DNA of 49,161 nucleotides from the NCBI GenBank assembly GCA_041741035.1, contig JBGSKZ010000745.1, forward strand, positions 1-49,161, given 5' to 3'. Under the pieces are notes generated by a model. It saw only the letters and a program-made list of their open reading frames with translations. It did no database searches and was not told where the DNA came from. A program made the translations under genes and the position numbers. This DNA comes from Treponematales bacterium (lineage in GTDB: Bacteria; Spirochaetota; Spirochaetia; Treponematales; UBA12059). Below are positions 33,541-43,174 of this stretch, piece by piece (position 1 is the first letter of the stretch; every line of letters begins with the position of its first letter).

Positions 33541-36261
33541 GTGGCGGATGTTGAAGACCTGCGAATAATCCTCAGGGCAGAAGTGGCGAAAGCCGTCACG
33601 GACCTTGGCAAGGCTTCGCGCTCTTCTCGTACCGCTACAAAGAGCTTCGAGGATTTATCCAAGCAGTTCAAGGCCCAGGTTTCCGGCGCGCTCTCCATGA
33701 AGAACGCCTTTGGCCAGATGGCTACGAGCATGGCCGCGGGGCTCGGGGCATTCACCCTCGTCAGCAAAGCTGTGCAAGGCGTAAGCCAATACGCTCGAGA
33801 ATCCGTGCAGGCATTCCAGGTCCAGGAGCAAGCGGTCGCCAAGCTCGAAGGCGTGCTGCGAGCGACCGGCGGCGCGGCTGGGCTGACCTCGAAGGAAATG
33901 CAGGCTTTCGCCTCCGATCTCCAAGCCTCTACTCAATTTGGAGATGAGGCGATCATCGGATTGCAGGGAACCCTAGCCACCTTTAAGAGCGTTTCCGGCG
34001 ACACATTCAAGGATGCCACCCGGCTGGCGGTTGACCTGTCCGCGGCTTTCGGCGGGGACCTGCAGTCTTCGGCTATGCAGCTGGGAAAAGCGCTCGAGGA
34101 TCCGGTCCGGGGCGTGTCCGCCCTGCGGCGCGTCGGCGTTTCGTTCAGCGAGACTCAACTCGACTTGATCAAGAGCCTGGTCGAGACCGGCGATAAAGCC
34201 AGCGCACAGGCATTGATCCTCAAAGAACTTGAGGGGCAGGTGGGCGGCGTGGCCGCGGCCATGGCCGATACGGCGAGCGGCGCCCTGGTCCAGTACAAGA
34301 ACATAACCAGCGATACGAAAGAGGAAGTCGGCCGCTTCATGGTTAACGGCCTTGAGCCGCTCACGAGGCTCTTCTCGAAGGTGTCCGCGGCGATACACGG
34401 TGTGCTTAAGGAGCAGAACGACTACAACGACGCCCTGAAGGCGGTTCAGTCAGGTAGCGCCACGACGGATCAACGGCTTTTAGTGCTCAAGAACCAAGCA
34501 CAGGAATTGAACAAGCAGATCGCGACCATGGAGATACAGAAAGGCTTGGCTGAAGATCTTGGCGGCTATACGCAAGAACAGTACGAGTTCGCAAAGGCCG
34601 CACTTGGATCCATGGCGGACCAGATCCGCTGGCTCGAGCTCTCAGTCTCGCTATCTGGCAAGGCCGCCGCCGCTGCCAAGGAAAAAGCCGCTGCGGAGGC
34701 TAAAGCTGCCGAGGAAAGCAAGGCCGCGCAGGACAAGCTCGATGCCTACCTTAAGCGCGTCGGGGAGGCTTACGCCCAGACGAGCCTGGGCAGGATCGAG
34801 CTCTTGCGCAAAGAGATCGCCGAGTTCGAAGCCTACGCAGCAACCGCAGTCAAGACGGCCCCGATGGTGGAAGCGATCCTCGGGAAGCTGCGTGAAGACC
34901 TTTACAAACTTGAGAATCCCAAAAATAGCGAATCGGCAGATCCTGCGGCGCAACGGATCGATGCACTCTATGCCAGTACGAAAGAAGGAATAGCCGCGGC
35001 TAAAAACGAGACCTTGGCGTTCGTCCAAGCGCAGAAGGCGGCAGCCCTTGCGGCCGGAATGGCGGCTGAGGAAATCGCCAAGCTCGATGCCATTCTTTCA
35101 AGCCTGCAAGACACCGCAGCCGAATCGACGAGCGCATCGTTCGCCCTCTTCGACGAGAGCTTCACCAAGATGGTCGATGCTCTGGATAGCTTCAGTAAAA
35201 GCATGAACGACTCGATGGGCCAGCTTGCACAGCGGGGCTTCCTTGAGTTCTTCGAGGCGATGGGGCAGGGATCATCCGCAGCGGATTCCTTTGGCCAGGC
35301 ATTCGGACGGATGGCGCAGGAAGCCAGTAGGCAGGTCGCCGCCTTCGCGCTGGCCGCCGGCGTCAGGATACTTGCCGAGACGGGGATTGCCGGCCTCCCC
35401 ATCGCTCTAGCCCTGTTCGCTCTCGCCGGCGTATCGGCTATGGCCGGCGGCGCGCTAGGCCATTCAATGGGCGGCCCTCGAACGGTCGATTATGAGCGCT
35501 ATATCACTGACCCCGTCGTAGAGGCAGAGAAGCGTTTGGCCCAGGAACGCCTGAGGATACTCAAAGCAGAGCTCGAAGAAGAGAAGCGCCTGCGCGACGA
35601 CAACCTGCGCAAGCTCGAGGAGCACTTTAGTCAGGAGTTCGAGGTATTGCGCGATCTATGGGACCGGGGGCTCGTTTCGACGGCCGAATTCGAATCGCGG
35701 GCGACTGCGCTACGGGGCGAACAGGAAACCCAGCGCGGGGCGGCCGAGCAGCCATACAGGGAAGCTCAGGATGCCCTCGATGCCGAAGAGGATGCGCAAC
35801 GTCAGGCGCAAGAGGCTTTGGAAAAGGCAAAAACCGATAAAGTACGCGCCCTAGCGACCCAGGCCAAAGACCTTCAAGACAAGCTCAATGCGATGAGCGG
35901 ATGGGATAAGTTCTGGTCGGGCAAAGATGAGCAGTACGAAAAGAGCTTGGCTACTCTCGACCGTAGAATCCAGATCGTACAGAACGCGAGCACGCTCGAT
36001 CAGGTGCGGGCAGCTTCCACGGGAGCCGACTTTATAACGAACGGGCCTGAATTCCTGAAAGTAGGGGATAACCCCGGCGGGCGGGAACGGGTACGGGTCG
36101 AGCCGATCGGATCTCCGAATATCCATGGCCCCCGCGGCGATACGCTTGTGATCCAGATCAACGCGCCAGTCTATGGGGTTGATGACCTGTATCAAAAGCT
36201 CGAACAAGCCGGCCGGCGCTTAAGCCACCAGAGGCGCGTCCTTACGGGAGCCTTCTCATGA
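33541..36261 (+). CDS. Tail tape measure protein
   Basis: 906 aa, Ala/Glu-rich and helical, with a central hydrophobic segment (AAFALAAGVRILAETGIAGLPIALALFALAGVSAMAGG). Canonical position. Confidence 0.85.
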   Translation: MADVEDLRIILRAEVAKAVTDLGKASRSSRTATKSFEDLSKQFKAQVSGALSMKNAFGQMATSMAAGLGAFTLVSKAVQGVSQYARESVQAFQVQEQAVAKLEGVLRATGGAAGLTSKEMQAFASDLQASTQFGDEAIIGLQGTLATFKSVSGDTFKDATRLAVDLSAAFGGDLQSSAMQLGKALEDPVRGVSALRRVGVSFSETQLDLIKSLVETGDKASAQALILKELEGQVGGVAAAMADTASGALVQYKNITSDTKEEVGRFMVNGLEPLTRLFSKVSAAIHGVLKEQNDYNDALKAVQSGSATTDQRLLVLKNQAQELNKQIATMEIQKGLAEDLGGYTQEQYEFAKAALGSMADQIRWLELSVSLSGKAAAAAKEKAAAEAKAAEESKAAQDKLDAYLKRVGEAYAQTSLGRIELLRKEIAEFEAYAATAVKTAPMVEAILGKLREDLYKLENPKNSESADPAAQRIDALYASTKEGIAAAKNETLAFVQAQKAAALAAGMAAEEIAKLDAILSSLQDTAAESTSASFALFDESFTKMVDALDSFSKSMNDSMGQLAQRGFLEFFEAMGQGSSAADSFGQAFGRMAQEASRQVAAFALAAGVRILAETGIAGLPIALALFALAGVSAMAGGALGHSMGGPRTVDYERYITDPVVEAEKRLAQERLRILKAELEEEKRLRDDNLRKLEEHFSQEFEVLRDLWDRGLVSTAEFESRATALRGEQETQRGAAEQPYREAQDALDAEEDAQRQAQEALEKAKTDKVRALATQAKDLQDKLNAMSGWDKFWSGKDEQYEKSLATLDRRIQIVQNASTLDQVRAASTGADFITNGPEFLKVGDNPGGRERVRVEPIGSPNIHGPRGDTLVIQINAPVYGVDDLYQKLEQAGRRLSHQRRVLTGAFS

Positions 36262-39200
36262 TCCGGCGCATCGGGATCACGCTGGCTTTCCCCGGTGAGG
36301 GAGAGCCGGTCGACGTTACGCAGCTGTATCTCGACGGATCAGCCCATATTTCAGAGCGCTTGTTCAACGAGGATAAGCGCTCGGTTCAGGATGTCTTTCG
36401 CTTTTCCCTTGTCTACGATGGGCCGATAGTCGATGCGCTGCGCTCGGCGGGAGGGCGAATCGGAATCCACGTGCGCGAGCTGGATACGGATTCGCCATTG
36501 TTCTCTGGCGTCATCGAGCCGAACACCAGTCAGTCTTCGACTCAAGTGCCCGAACCGCTGCAGCTCGAGGCGGTCGACGCGACCTGGCGCCTGGATTCGA
36601 TCATCGCTTCGTCCTTCGAATACCCCGTAGGCATCGGCTCAGCCCCGTTCAAGGTATGCGATCCTGCGGAACCTGAGCATTCCATATTCCATCAGGTATG
36701 CCTCTTGGCCGGTTACGCTCCCCTTGAAATCGCGCCATTGCTGGCTAATACCGATACGGTGCTCCATTGCGCGGCGAAAGCGGGGCAACAGTCATACCGT
36801 GAATTCCTCGATGCGCTCCTCTTCGAATATGGGCTCGTCCTGGACGACGATGGCTTGGGCAGGCTGGGTGTACGCAAATGGACGAGGACGGCATCCGGAT
36901 ACGATGAGACTATCGACGCAGCCGACCTTTCGACCGTAGAGCCCTTTCACTGGTCGCGACGATACATTCAAGAAGACGGCATCATAGTCGAATGGGCGGA
37001 AACCCAGGTAATGCTTGATGCGCTCTTGTATCGAGATTCCCTGCCAGTCACTACCGACGGCGTATTCACGGGCAAGCCTATCGCCGCCGGCGACTACTAC
37101 CCGCCGGACTCAGATATAGAACAGACTTTCCAGGAGTACGTTGACCGTTGGCTGGACCGTCCATACCTGGAGCGGGCTACGCGGCTTGAAAACGATGACA
37201 TATCCCTCGTGACCACCGATCAGCAGCAGGTACTATTCCAGGCGGACGATGGCCTTCTTAAGGACTTCGAACTCTTCGAATCCCATCGGGCTAGGATCCG
37301 CTTTTTCAATTCCAGCGCCTTGACGAAGAGCATCTATAGCTTCGAGATCCGCGGCCGCGCGCTCTACAGATCCGCCGTGCGGGCCATCCGCGCCCCGCTT
37401 GCATCGGTGAATCCAAAAACCTACACGAGCCGCTTCATCTTCAACGCGACCGCGGCTGCAGGCCTTGCGAACGCCTTGGCCTTGGACCTTGCCTACGGGG
37501 ACTTCGAGTACTCCTTTGGCCTTAACCGCTATATTCAGCCAGGGACGATCGTACGTTTGATAAACGCCAGGAATGGCATCGATACGCAGGCGATAATCCA
37601 GGAATGCGATTGGAACGTCGGCCGGCCGGTATATCGCTACCGAGCTGTAGGCCTTGCCGAGTACGCCATCATTCCGTCCTCAAGCTCAGGCAGGACCGGC
37701 GCTGCCTTTTGGCCGCTCATTCAGGCGATCGAGGCCCAGATATCCACCGACATCGCGGCGCCCCCGTCGAACAATGTGACCGACGTCCTTTTCGCTTCTT
37801 CGCAAAATGCTGACGGTACGGTACGCATCGTGGCTACTTGGAATTACCTGCAGGGCACGAGCAAGGGCGATGGCGTTTTCATCTATTACAAGCAAGCCTT
37901 CAGTTCTCCCCCCGCGTTCGATTTCGCCTTAGATCCGGCGGAGTGGAAAGCCATGGATGCAAGCGGCGCGTATTCCTGGCAGGCCGATTTCCCGGTCAGG
38001 ACCGGAGGCATTGGAGGCGCTCCGATCCATTACCGTTTTGGCCTGGTCGCGGCGGCGGGAGCCAAGCTGCACACCGCCGGCGCTATAACGCCTCTTGGCT
38101 GGGAAGATATCGTCTTCTCAGGGATCATCAGCGCGAGCGATTTGAATTACTGGGATCTAGCCACCGGCCGGTTCAGGGTGGGGACGCTGAAAAAGTACGT
38201 CGACATTAATGCGCAATCCGGCGAGTTCAATATCAAAGGCCTCGAGATCGAGCTCTTGAATTCAGAAATGAAGTCGATGCAGACCATCTACGAGCAGCTC
38301 ATGCTCAAGACTGAAGTCCAGTGGCGCAAAGACGGCAGCGCGATCGGGCGAATAGGGATCGACCCAAGCAACGATTTCGTCTCCGCGAGCAATATCAAGT
38401 GGCCCGTCGATATACCCATCGTGGAGCGAACAGCCGATCTTCCCGCGTCGATCCAATATTCTGCTCTAGTTACCGTCGGCGTATTTCTCTATGGAATCAT
38501 CAGCGACTCAAGCTCGATACTCAAATACAATCCGCAAGACAACACCTATGAGCAGTTGGGCTACGCCATTGTCGCGCCGAAGAAGCGCGCGGTCGTGGTT
38601 GGTAAAACAATCTATGTGCTGTGCACGGGAGGGGGAGGGGGAATTGAGATCATCGATACGGTCTCCCAAGCCTCGCGACTCGTGCCCATTGGCAGTTCAC
38701 GCATGCAGAATGGCGCGTTCGGGCCCGTAGTCTTTGAGGGTTTCATCTACTTCCAGGCGCAAGGCTGGGATGGGAAGCGCTACATCTGCAGCTTCGACCT
38801 AGGGACCGAGCTCTATGATATCACCGAGATCCCGCAGGCCTCGATCTCAGGCAACGAAGTTGCAATAGTGTCCGGTAAGTACTACGTGCCCTATGGCGAC
38901 CGCATCCTTGTTTTCGACCTGGAGACGAAGACCCATACGACGCAATCGATCGAGGGCGAAAACGATTTGATCGATTCATGCCATCTCTATGGCGGCTTGT
39001 TATACATCTACCGCTCCTTCTCCACCGGAAGCAACGTGCTTATTTATGATCCAACCGACTGTTCATACCGGAGCGTAGCGTGCCCCAATAACGCGCTCGC
39101 ACGGTGGGGCGTTATCTACGGTGGCGCCTTGTATTGGTATACCCAGATAGCGAACCCCTATGTACGTGCGATACTACGCTTCGATCTTGCGAGTGAGACC

Positions 39201-40085
39201 TTCAGCAGCACTCCAGTGACTTCCATCGTCCTTGGGCCTACATGCGCATTCGGAGGGACTGTATATATCGCGTACCCGGGCACGATGTTCCGGTACCAGG
39301 TGAAAGTTCTTTTGAATCTGGGCGCGGGCATTGTCGAACGTGGCTCCGATCTAGCAAGCGACTTTGGCAGGCTTGAGGATGGCTTTGAGCTGCGGCCGAA
39401 GGGCTACGTCGACAATGCGCCTTCCGGATTGAATCGGGTCTTGGTCGGCGACGACTTCATCAGCGGTTCCCGCCCAATTTTCACAGTGACTTCGCTGATC
39501 CTGTCGGGGACGTTTACCATGGCATCGATTACCGATCTGCCAATTATCGACAAGCTGCGGCATCCTGGCGTTTACTCGATCCGCTCTTCGGCTACGGCTA
39601 ACTCTGGCGCGGTTATGTCGGAGAACTATGAAAGCATCCGCGACACGAAGGCGTTCAAGATAGTGTTCATGCTCAAGGCAGCCCTTACGACGAGAATCTT
39701 GCGCTTTGGGTTCCAAACTCACCTGACGACGATCGCGGTCCCGAGCGAAGGGTATTACCTCAAGATCAGCAACCTTTCCGCCCAAGGTATCAAGGCAGCA
39801 GCCGCGGCGGAGACGACGGTCGGAAGCGCTCGAACGCTGACAGCGGGAGTGTGGTATACGGCTAGCGTATCCCTTGATGATGCCGCGGGCACGGTTTCGT
39901 TCAGGATCGTGGAAACCGATACCGGCGTCGTGCTGCTCGATGTGTCGGGAAGCCTTAACGCGTTGAGTTCGGTCGCCGGCGGCGCGTGGCTTGGAGCATG
40001 GAATACGGGAGCCGCGGCGAATCTGCTCGCGCTGATCGATTATGTAGAACTTGCGTATCCGGCGGACGCGAAGCGTGGCAGCTGA
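36258..40085 (+). CDS. Large tail tip / fibre (host-recognition) protein with beta-propeller-like repeats
   Basis: 1275 aa and the only gene between tape measure and lysis region. Repeated G(K/G)x(I/L)Y blades (GKTIYVL, EGFIYFQ, SGKYYVP, YGGLLYIY, YGGALYWY, FGGTVYIAY) span about aa 735-1000. Confidence 0.6.
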   Translation: MIRRIGITLAFPGEGEPVDVTQLYLDGSAHISERLFNEDKRSVQDVFRFSLVYDGPIVDALRSAGGRIGIHVRELDTDSPLFSGVIEPNTSQSSTQVPEPLQLEAVDATWRLDSIIASSFEYPVGIGSAPFKVCDPAEPEHSIFHQVCLLAGYAPLEIAPLLANTDTVLHCAAKAGQQSYREFLDALLFEYGLVLDDDGLGRLGVRKWTRTASGYDETIDAADLSTVEPFHWSRRYIQEDGIIVEWAETQVMLDALLYRDSLPVTTDGVFTGKPIAAGDYYPPDSDIEQTFQEYVDRWLDRPYLERATRLENDDISLVTTDQQQVLFQADDGLLKDFELFESHRARIRFFNSSALTKSIYSFEIRGRALYRSAVRAIRAPLASVNPKTYTSRFIFNATAAAGLANALALDLAYGDFEYSFGLNRYIQPGTIVRLINARNGIDTQAIIQECDWNVGRPVYRYRAVGLAEYAIIPSSSSGRTGAAFWPLIQAIEAQISTDIAAPPSNNVTDVLFASSQNADGTVRIVATWNYLQGTSKGDGVFIYYKQAFSSPPAFDFALDPAEWKAMDASGAYSWQADFPVRTGGIGGAPIHYRFGLVAAAGAKLHTAGAITPLGWEDIVFSGIISASDLNYWDLATGRFRVGTLKKYVDINAQSGEFNIKGLEIELLNSEMKSMQTIYEQLMLKTEVQWRKDGSAIGRIGIDPSNDFVSASNIKWPVDIPIVERTADLPASIQYSALVTVGVFLYGIISDSSSILKYNPQDNTYEQLGYAIVAPKKRAVVVGKTIYVLCTGGGGGIEIIDTVSQASRLVPIGSSRMQNGAFGPVVFEGFIYFQAQGWDGKRYICSFDLGTELYDITEIPQASISGNEVAIVSGKYYVPYGDRILVFDLETKTHTTQSIEGENDLIDSCHLYGGLLYIYRSFSTGSNVLIYDPTDCSYRSVACPNNALARWGVIYGGALYWYTQIANPYVRAILRFDLASETFSSTPVTSIVLGPTCAFGGTVYIAYPGTMFRYQVKVLLNLGAGIVERGSDLASDFGRLEDGFELRPKGYVDNAPSGLNRVLVGDDFISGSRPIFTVTSLILSGTFTMASITDLPIIDKLRHPGVYSIRSSATANSGAVMSENYESIRDTKAFKIVFMLKAALTTRILRFGFQTHLTTIAVPSEGYYLKISNLSAQGIKAAAAAETTVGSARTLTAGVWYTASVSLDDAAGTVSFRIVETDTGVVLLDVSGSLNALSSVAGGAWLGAWNTGAAANLLALIDYVELAYPADAKRGS

Positions 40086-40112
40086 GCGAAGGCTATACAA
40101 GGAGGGCAGAGC

Positions 40113-40826
40113 ATGGACCGACAAATCATCGAGCTGATACAAACCTTCGCCTGGCCATTGGCCATTATGGTCGTCGGGATCCTTATATACCTCCTGATCC
40201 AGCGCGGGACCGTTTCGTCAGTATCGGCGGGCAAGGACGGGATCAGCCTGCAGCTCGTTGAGTCACGGCAAGAGCGAGAGTACTTCATGAACCGGAGGAT
40301 CGCCCAAATCGACCAGGACCTGCATACCGAGATCATGAGCCGCACCAGGGCCTTAAAGAAGCCGCTCCTCCGCGTGGTAAACGGCGCAGGGCTCTGCACC
40401 GCGGCCTTGAGGGCGATCGCCGCGGACCTGCGTTCGCCTATCTACCAGGCCGTCGACGAAAACGATTTTAAAGTGAACATGGCGACAGTCAATCGCGAGG
40501 CCTATCTTGAGCTGAAACTTGGAGCGCTCAAAGACGAGTATACGGACTTAGTCAGCGAGGCGGGAACCGATCCCTGCGTCGCGGGTCCCGCGGCCGTGAT
40601 CGTGTTTCCCGAATGGGACAGCGTGAAGCCGGGCATGGCACGTGCCTTGGAGCTCTGGGCAGACCGGGTGTCAGACGCTGTCGTCCTTTCCTGCCGGCGG
40701 AAGATCGAAGTCTATGAGGAGTACCGGCCTCAATTCCAGGCGGCGCGGGACAGGAAGTTCACCCAAATCGTGGAGGACTGCATCGCGAAAAACCAGGGCT
40801 ATATCGAAGCCCTCGGGAGGGCTTGA
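40113..40826 (+). CDS. Hypothetical membrane-anchored protein (lysis region)
   Basis: N-terminal TM helix FAWPLAIMVVGILIYLLI. 237 aa. Confidence 0.45.
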   Translation: MDRQIIELIQTFAWPLAIMVVGILIYLLIQRGTVSSVSAGKDGISLQLVESRQEREYFMNRRIAQIDQDLHTEIMSRTRALKKPLLRVVNGAGLCTAALRAIAADLRSPIYQAVDENDFKVNMATVNREAYLELKLGALKDEYTDLVSEAGTDPCVAGPAAVIVFPEWDSVKPGMARALELWADRVSDAVVLSCRRKIEVYEEYRPQFQAARDRKFTQIVEDCIAKNQGYIEALGRA

Positions 40827-41254
40827 GCATGGAGCAGGGAATCCAGACCTTTTTCGCCGAAGTAGGGGAAGCCGCCTGCTACGCTCTGGACATCATCCAA
40901 ATCGCGATCGAGGAAACAGGTCGAGCCATGGAGCCGGTGACGGCTCTGAATATTGGGATAAACCGGGGAGATATCTACTACAACCGCCAGGATCCAAACG
41001 ATAACCGGAACTTCTATGTCGACCACCCCGAACACTTCTTAGGAAGGCTCGCCGGCGGCGTTTGGACCGTTGATAAGACCGGCCCCGAGTACATCGCAAA
41101 GGCGGGCGAGCGTATCGTGGATCGCTGGGAACGTGACAAAGCCGGCGCGACGCTGAGCCACTTCCGGCTGCCTCATTGGGATTCTATACAACAATCCCTG
41201 ACTGTAGCCAAGGGGAAGCTCGTCTCGAAGAGGGTATTCAGGAGGGTGACGTGA
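40823..41254 (+). CDS. Hypothetical protein, possible papain-fold peptidase (endolysin candidate)
   Basis: 143 aa. Cys in GEAACYALDII plus downstream His residues (DHPEHF, LSHFRL). Its position is between two membrane proteins at the end of the late operon. Confidence 0.3.
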   Translation: MSMEQGIQTFFAEVGEAACYALDIIQIAIEETGRAMEPVTALNIGINRGDIYYNRQDPNDNRNFYVDHPEHFLGRLAGGVWTVDKTGPEYIAKAGERIVDRWERDKAGATLSHFRLPHWDSIQQSLTVAKGKLVSKRVFRRVT

Positions 41255-41787
41255 AATGGGAATCAAGGCAATGCTCGCGTTGGCTGCTATGGGCCTTGTT
41301 CTTCTCGGTATTGTTGGCCTCGGCGGATATATCGTGGGGAGACGAGACGGATTGGCCCAAGGCGCCGCTGAGCTCGCAATCGTCAGGCAACGACTCGGAC
41401 AGGTCGCCGTCCAGCTCGTCGAAAGTCGCTTGGCAGCCGACAGCGCTGCCCGAGAGCATCGTCGAGCTCTGGAGTCAATTCAGGGCAGAGTATCCGAGCT
41501 TTCGGCTGAATTTGGAGTCATTCTTGGATCAGGTCGAAGCCTTCGGGATCAGCTTAGAGGACTTACCCGCCTTTTTGAGCTACTCGATCTCATCTTTCGA
41601 GAATTCGGAGGCAGCCAGGATGATTGAACGGGAAGAGGCTGAGGCAAAAATCGTCGAGGCTATCATGCGCGGGGTTGAGGCGGATCGAAGTCTTGAAGAG
41701 TGTCAAGGTCGAGTGGATGTCTGGCGTGTATCCTTCTTCGTTGTGCTGATAGTAGGATCGCTGGGTTGGCTACTCACTTTATTTTAA
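41251..41787 (+). CDS. Membrane protein with N-terminal signal/TM and C-terminal TM helix
   Basis: GTG 41251 follows AGGAGG. WLLWALFFSVLLASA at the N-terminus, a Ser-rich linker, then VSFFVVLIVGSLGWLLTLF at the C-terminus. It has higher GC3 than the overlapping frame. Confidence 0.45.
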   Translation: MKWESRQCSRWLLWALFFSVLLASADISWGDETDWPKAPLSSQSSGNDSDRSPSSSSKVAWQPTALPESIVELWSQFRAEYPSFRLNLESFLDQVEAFGISLEDLPAFLSYSISSFENSEAARMIEREEAEAKIVEAIMRGVEADRSLEECQGRVDVWRVSFFVVLIVGSLGWLLTLF

Positions 41788-41952
41788 GAGTAACATTAGT
41801 CTATTAATTATCATAGTTTATCCATAATTTGTTTACATTCGGAATAAAACCCACCATGTTTGTGGCCCGAATAGTTTAGAGTTGAAGTTTAGAGGTATTT
41901 GCAAAGCTATTTAGCTTCAATAACTGCTTGAAAAAGCATATTCATAAATGTT

Positions 41953-42243
41953 TCAGCTTGATTGAATAAAGGCAATTACTGCAATAATGGTAGCCACTAT
42001 AGCTAAAAACGTATTAGTAATCGAGAGGAAAAGATCAAGTCTGGCCGTTCGTTCATTAGATCGAGTGTTAACCTCCCGAGTAAGTATATCAATGAGAAGT
42101 ATCTGCTCTTCACGGGTATTACTTAGTATCGGAAGGTGTGTCTGAGAGACATAGTTTATGTATTGATGAAGTTCTACATCTGAAGCTTCTCTCATCTCCT
42201 TATATGTATTTATTGAAGGAAGCCGAGATTTTGTCTTGTCCAT
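41953..42243 (-). CDS. Hypothetical tail-anchored small membrane protein
   Basis: 96 aa with the C-terminal TM helix FLAIVATIIAVIAFI. Low GC. Confidence 0.4.
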   Translation of the reverse strand: MDKTKSRLPSINTYKEMREASDVELHQYINYVSQTHLPILSNTREEQILLIDILTREVNTRSNERTARLDLFLSITNTFLAIVATIIAVIAFIQSS

Positions 42244-42494
42244 GAAGTTTGTCCTCCCATTCCTATAGAGATATCTTTGAATACAATATGTGTTTTTGTT
42301 ACAGAATTTAGAGGAATACTGAAGACCATAGCTGATTCAAGAATGGAATAAAATATTTCTAATTCTTTTAATACTTTAGCGGTCGGTTCTTGGCAGGAAG
42401 CATAAAAGTGTGAGGCTAGTGGTAAATAGAAAATCATAATCAGTCTTGTTGAACTGATTATGGTATGGTTGTGATTTGCCTCAAATCTATTCAT
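42210..42494 (-). CDS. Hypothetical protein (start uncertain)
   Basis: Internal ATG 42494 lies 13 nt after the upstream stop. The ORF track opens at 42566. Confidence 0.25.
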   Translation of the reverse strand: MNRFEANHNHTIISSTRLIMIFYLPLASHFYASCQEPTAKVLKELEIFYSILESAMVFSIPLNSVTKTHIVFKDISIGMGGQTSWTRQNLGFLQ

Positions 42495-42507
42495 GTCATA
42501 CTGGCTT

Positions 42508-43002
42508 CTATTGTGATTGAAATATAATTGTAAAAACCATATCGTCTGCATGAAATCTAAATCCAAGAATGTAATTCTCTTCTAACCATGGCTTTTTTGA
42601 GGCTTTTTTATATGTATACATTATGAGTTCGTTATCACTAAAATCCGGTTTTCCATTTCGATCTAGAATCTCGGCTCGCGTATTTCCAATAGTACAACCA
42701 TTAAAAATTGAATATCTTGAGCTTGAAATTACAAAATTTGAAACCAATAAATCGTGCTCATAATAGCCAATTATAATGCCACTATATATAAGGTTATAAA
42801 AGCCAGGTTCATCACCATCCTTTTTTACAAGTTTTTGTTCTATTGGATTTCCGAGTATTTTCAGGACTTCATTAATATTTTGATCTAGATAGATTTTTGC
42901 ACTACTTTCGTTATCGGTTATATACATCTCGCACTTTTCTATTGAGAAAATTGAAGTCCCGCTGAAAAGAGCTAAGGCAATTCCAAGTACAAGGATTTTC
43001 AT
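42508..43002 (-). CDS. Hypothetical secreted protein
   Basis: Signal peptide MKILVLGIALALFSGTSIFS. GGAGGAAAGC RBS. About 31% GC. Confidence 0.5.
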   Translation of the reverse strand: MKILVLGIALALFSGTSIFSIEKCEMYITDNESSAKIYLDQNINEVLKILGNPIEQKLVKKDGDEPGFYNLIYSGIIIGYYEHDLLVSNFVISSSRYSIFNGCTIGNTRAEILDRNGKPDFSDNELIMYTYKKASKKPWLEENYILGFRFHADDMVFTIIFQSQ

Positions 43003-43174
43003 GCTTTCCTCCGTTTAGCCCAGCTCACCCTAGACATAATCCCCGATTAGTGTAAAAGTTGTTCCGAATACGCTAAGAGCGGCAATTTTACTCCCCTTTG
43101 AGAAAAAAAGCTAATTTAAAAAGGAAGGTACCTATTAAGCAGAAATTGGTTTCGCACAATATATTCTATGAATC

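Noticed and set aside
32967-33842. 291-aa minus-strand ORF across the chaperone/tape-measure junction. Similar long antisense or alternate-frame ORFs occur at 39351-40142, 20212-20907, 25422-26027, 32186-32872 and 28350-28766.
   Set aside because: These are typical stop-poor shadow ORFs of ~60% GC DNA. They overlap well-supported phage structural genes, have Arg/Pro/Gly-rich low-complexity translations, and lack RBSs.
41256-41627. 123-aa ORF (N-terminal TM + coiled coil) nested out of frame in the last late gene, as an Rz/Rz1-style embedded spanin.
   Set aside because: Third-position GC is visibly lower than in the overlapping 41251-41787 frame. Neither product has a lipobox Cys. The call needs translation data and is not made as a feature.
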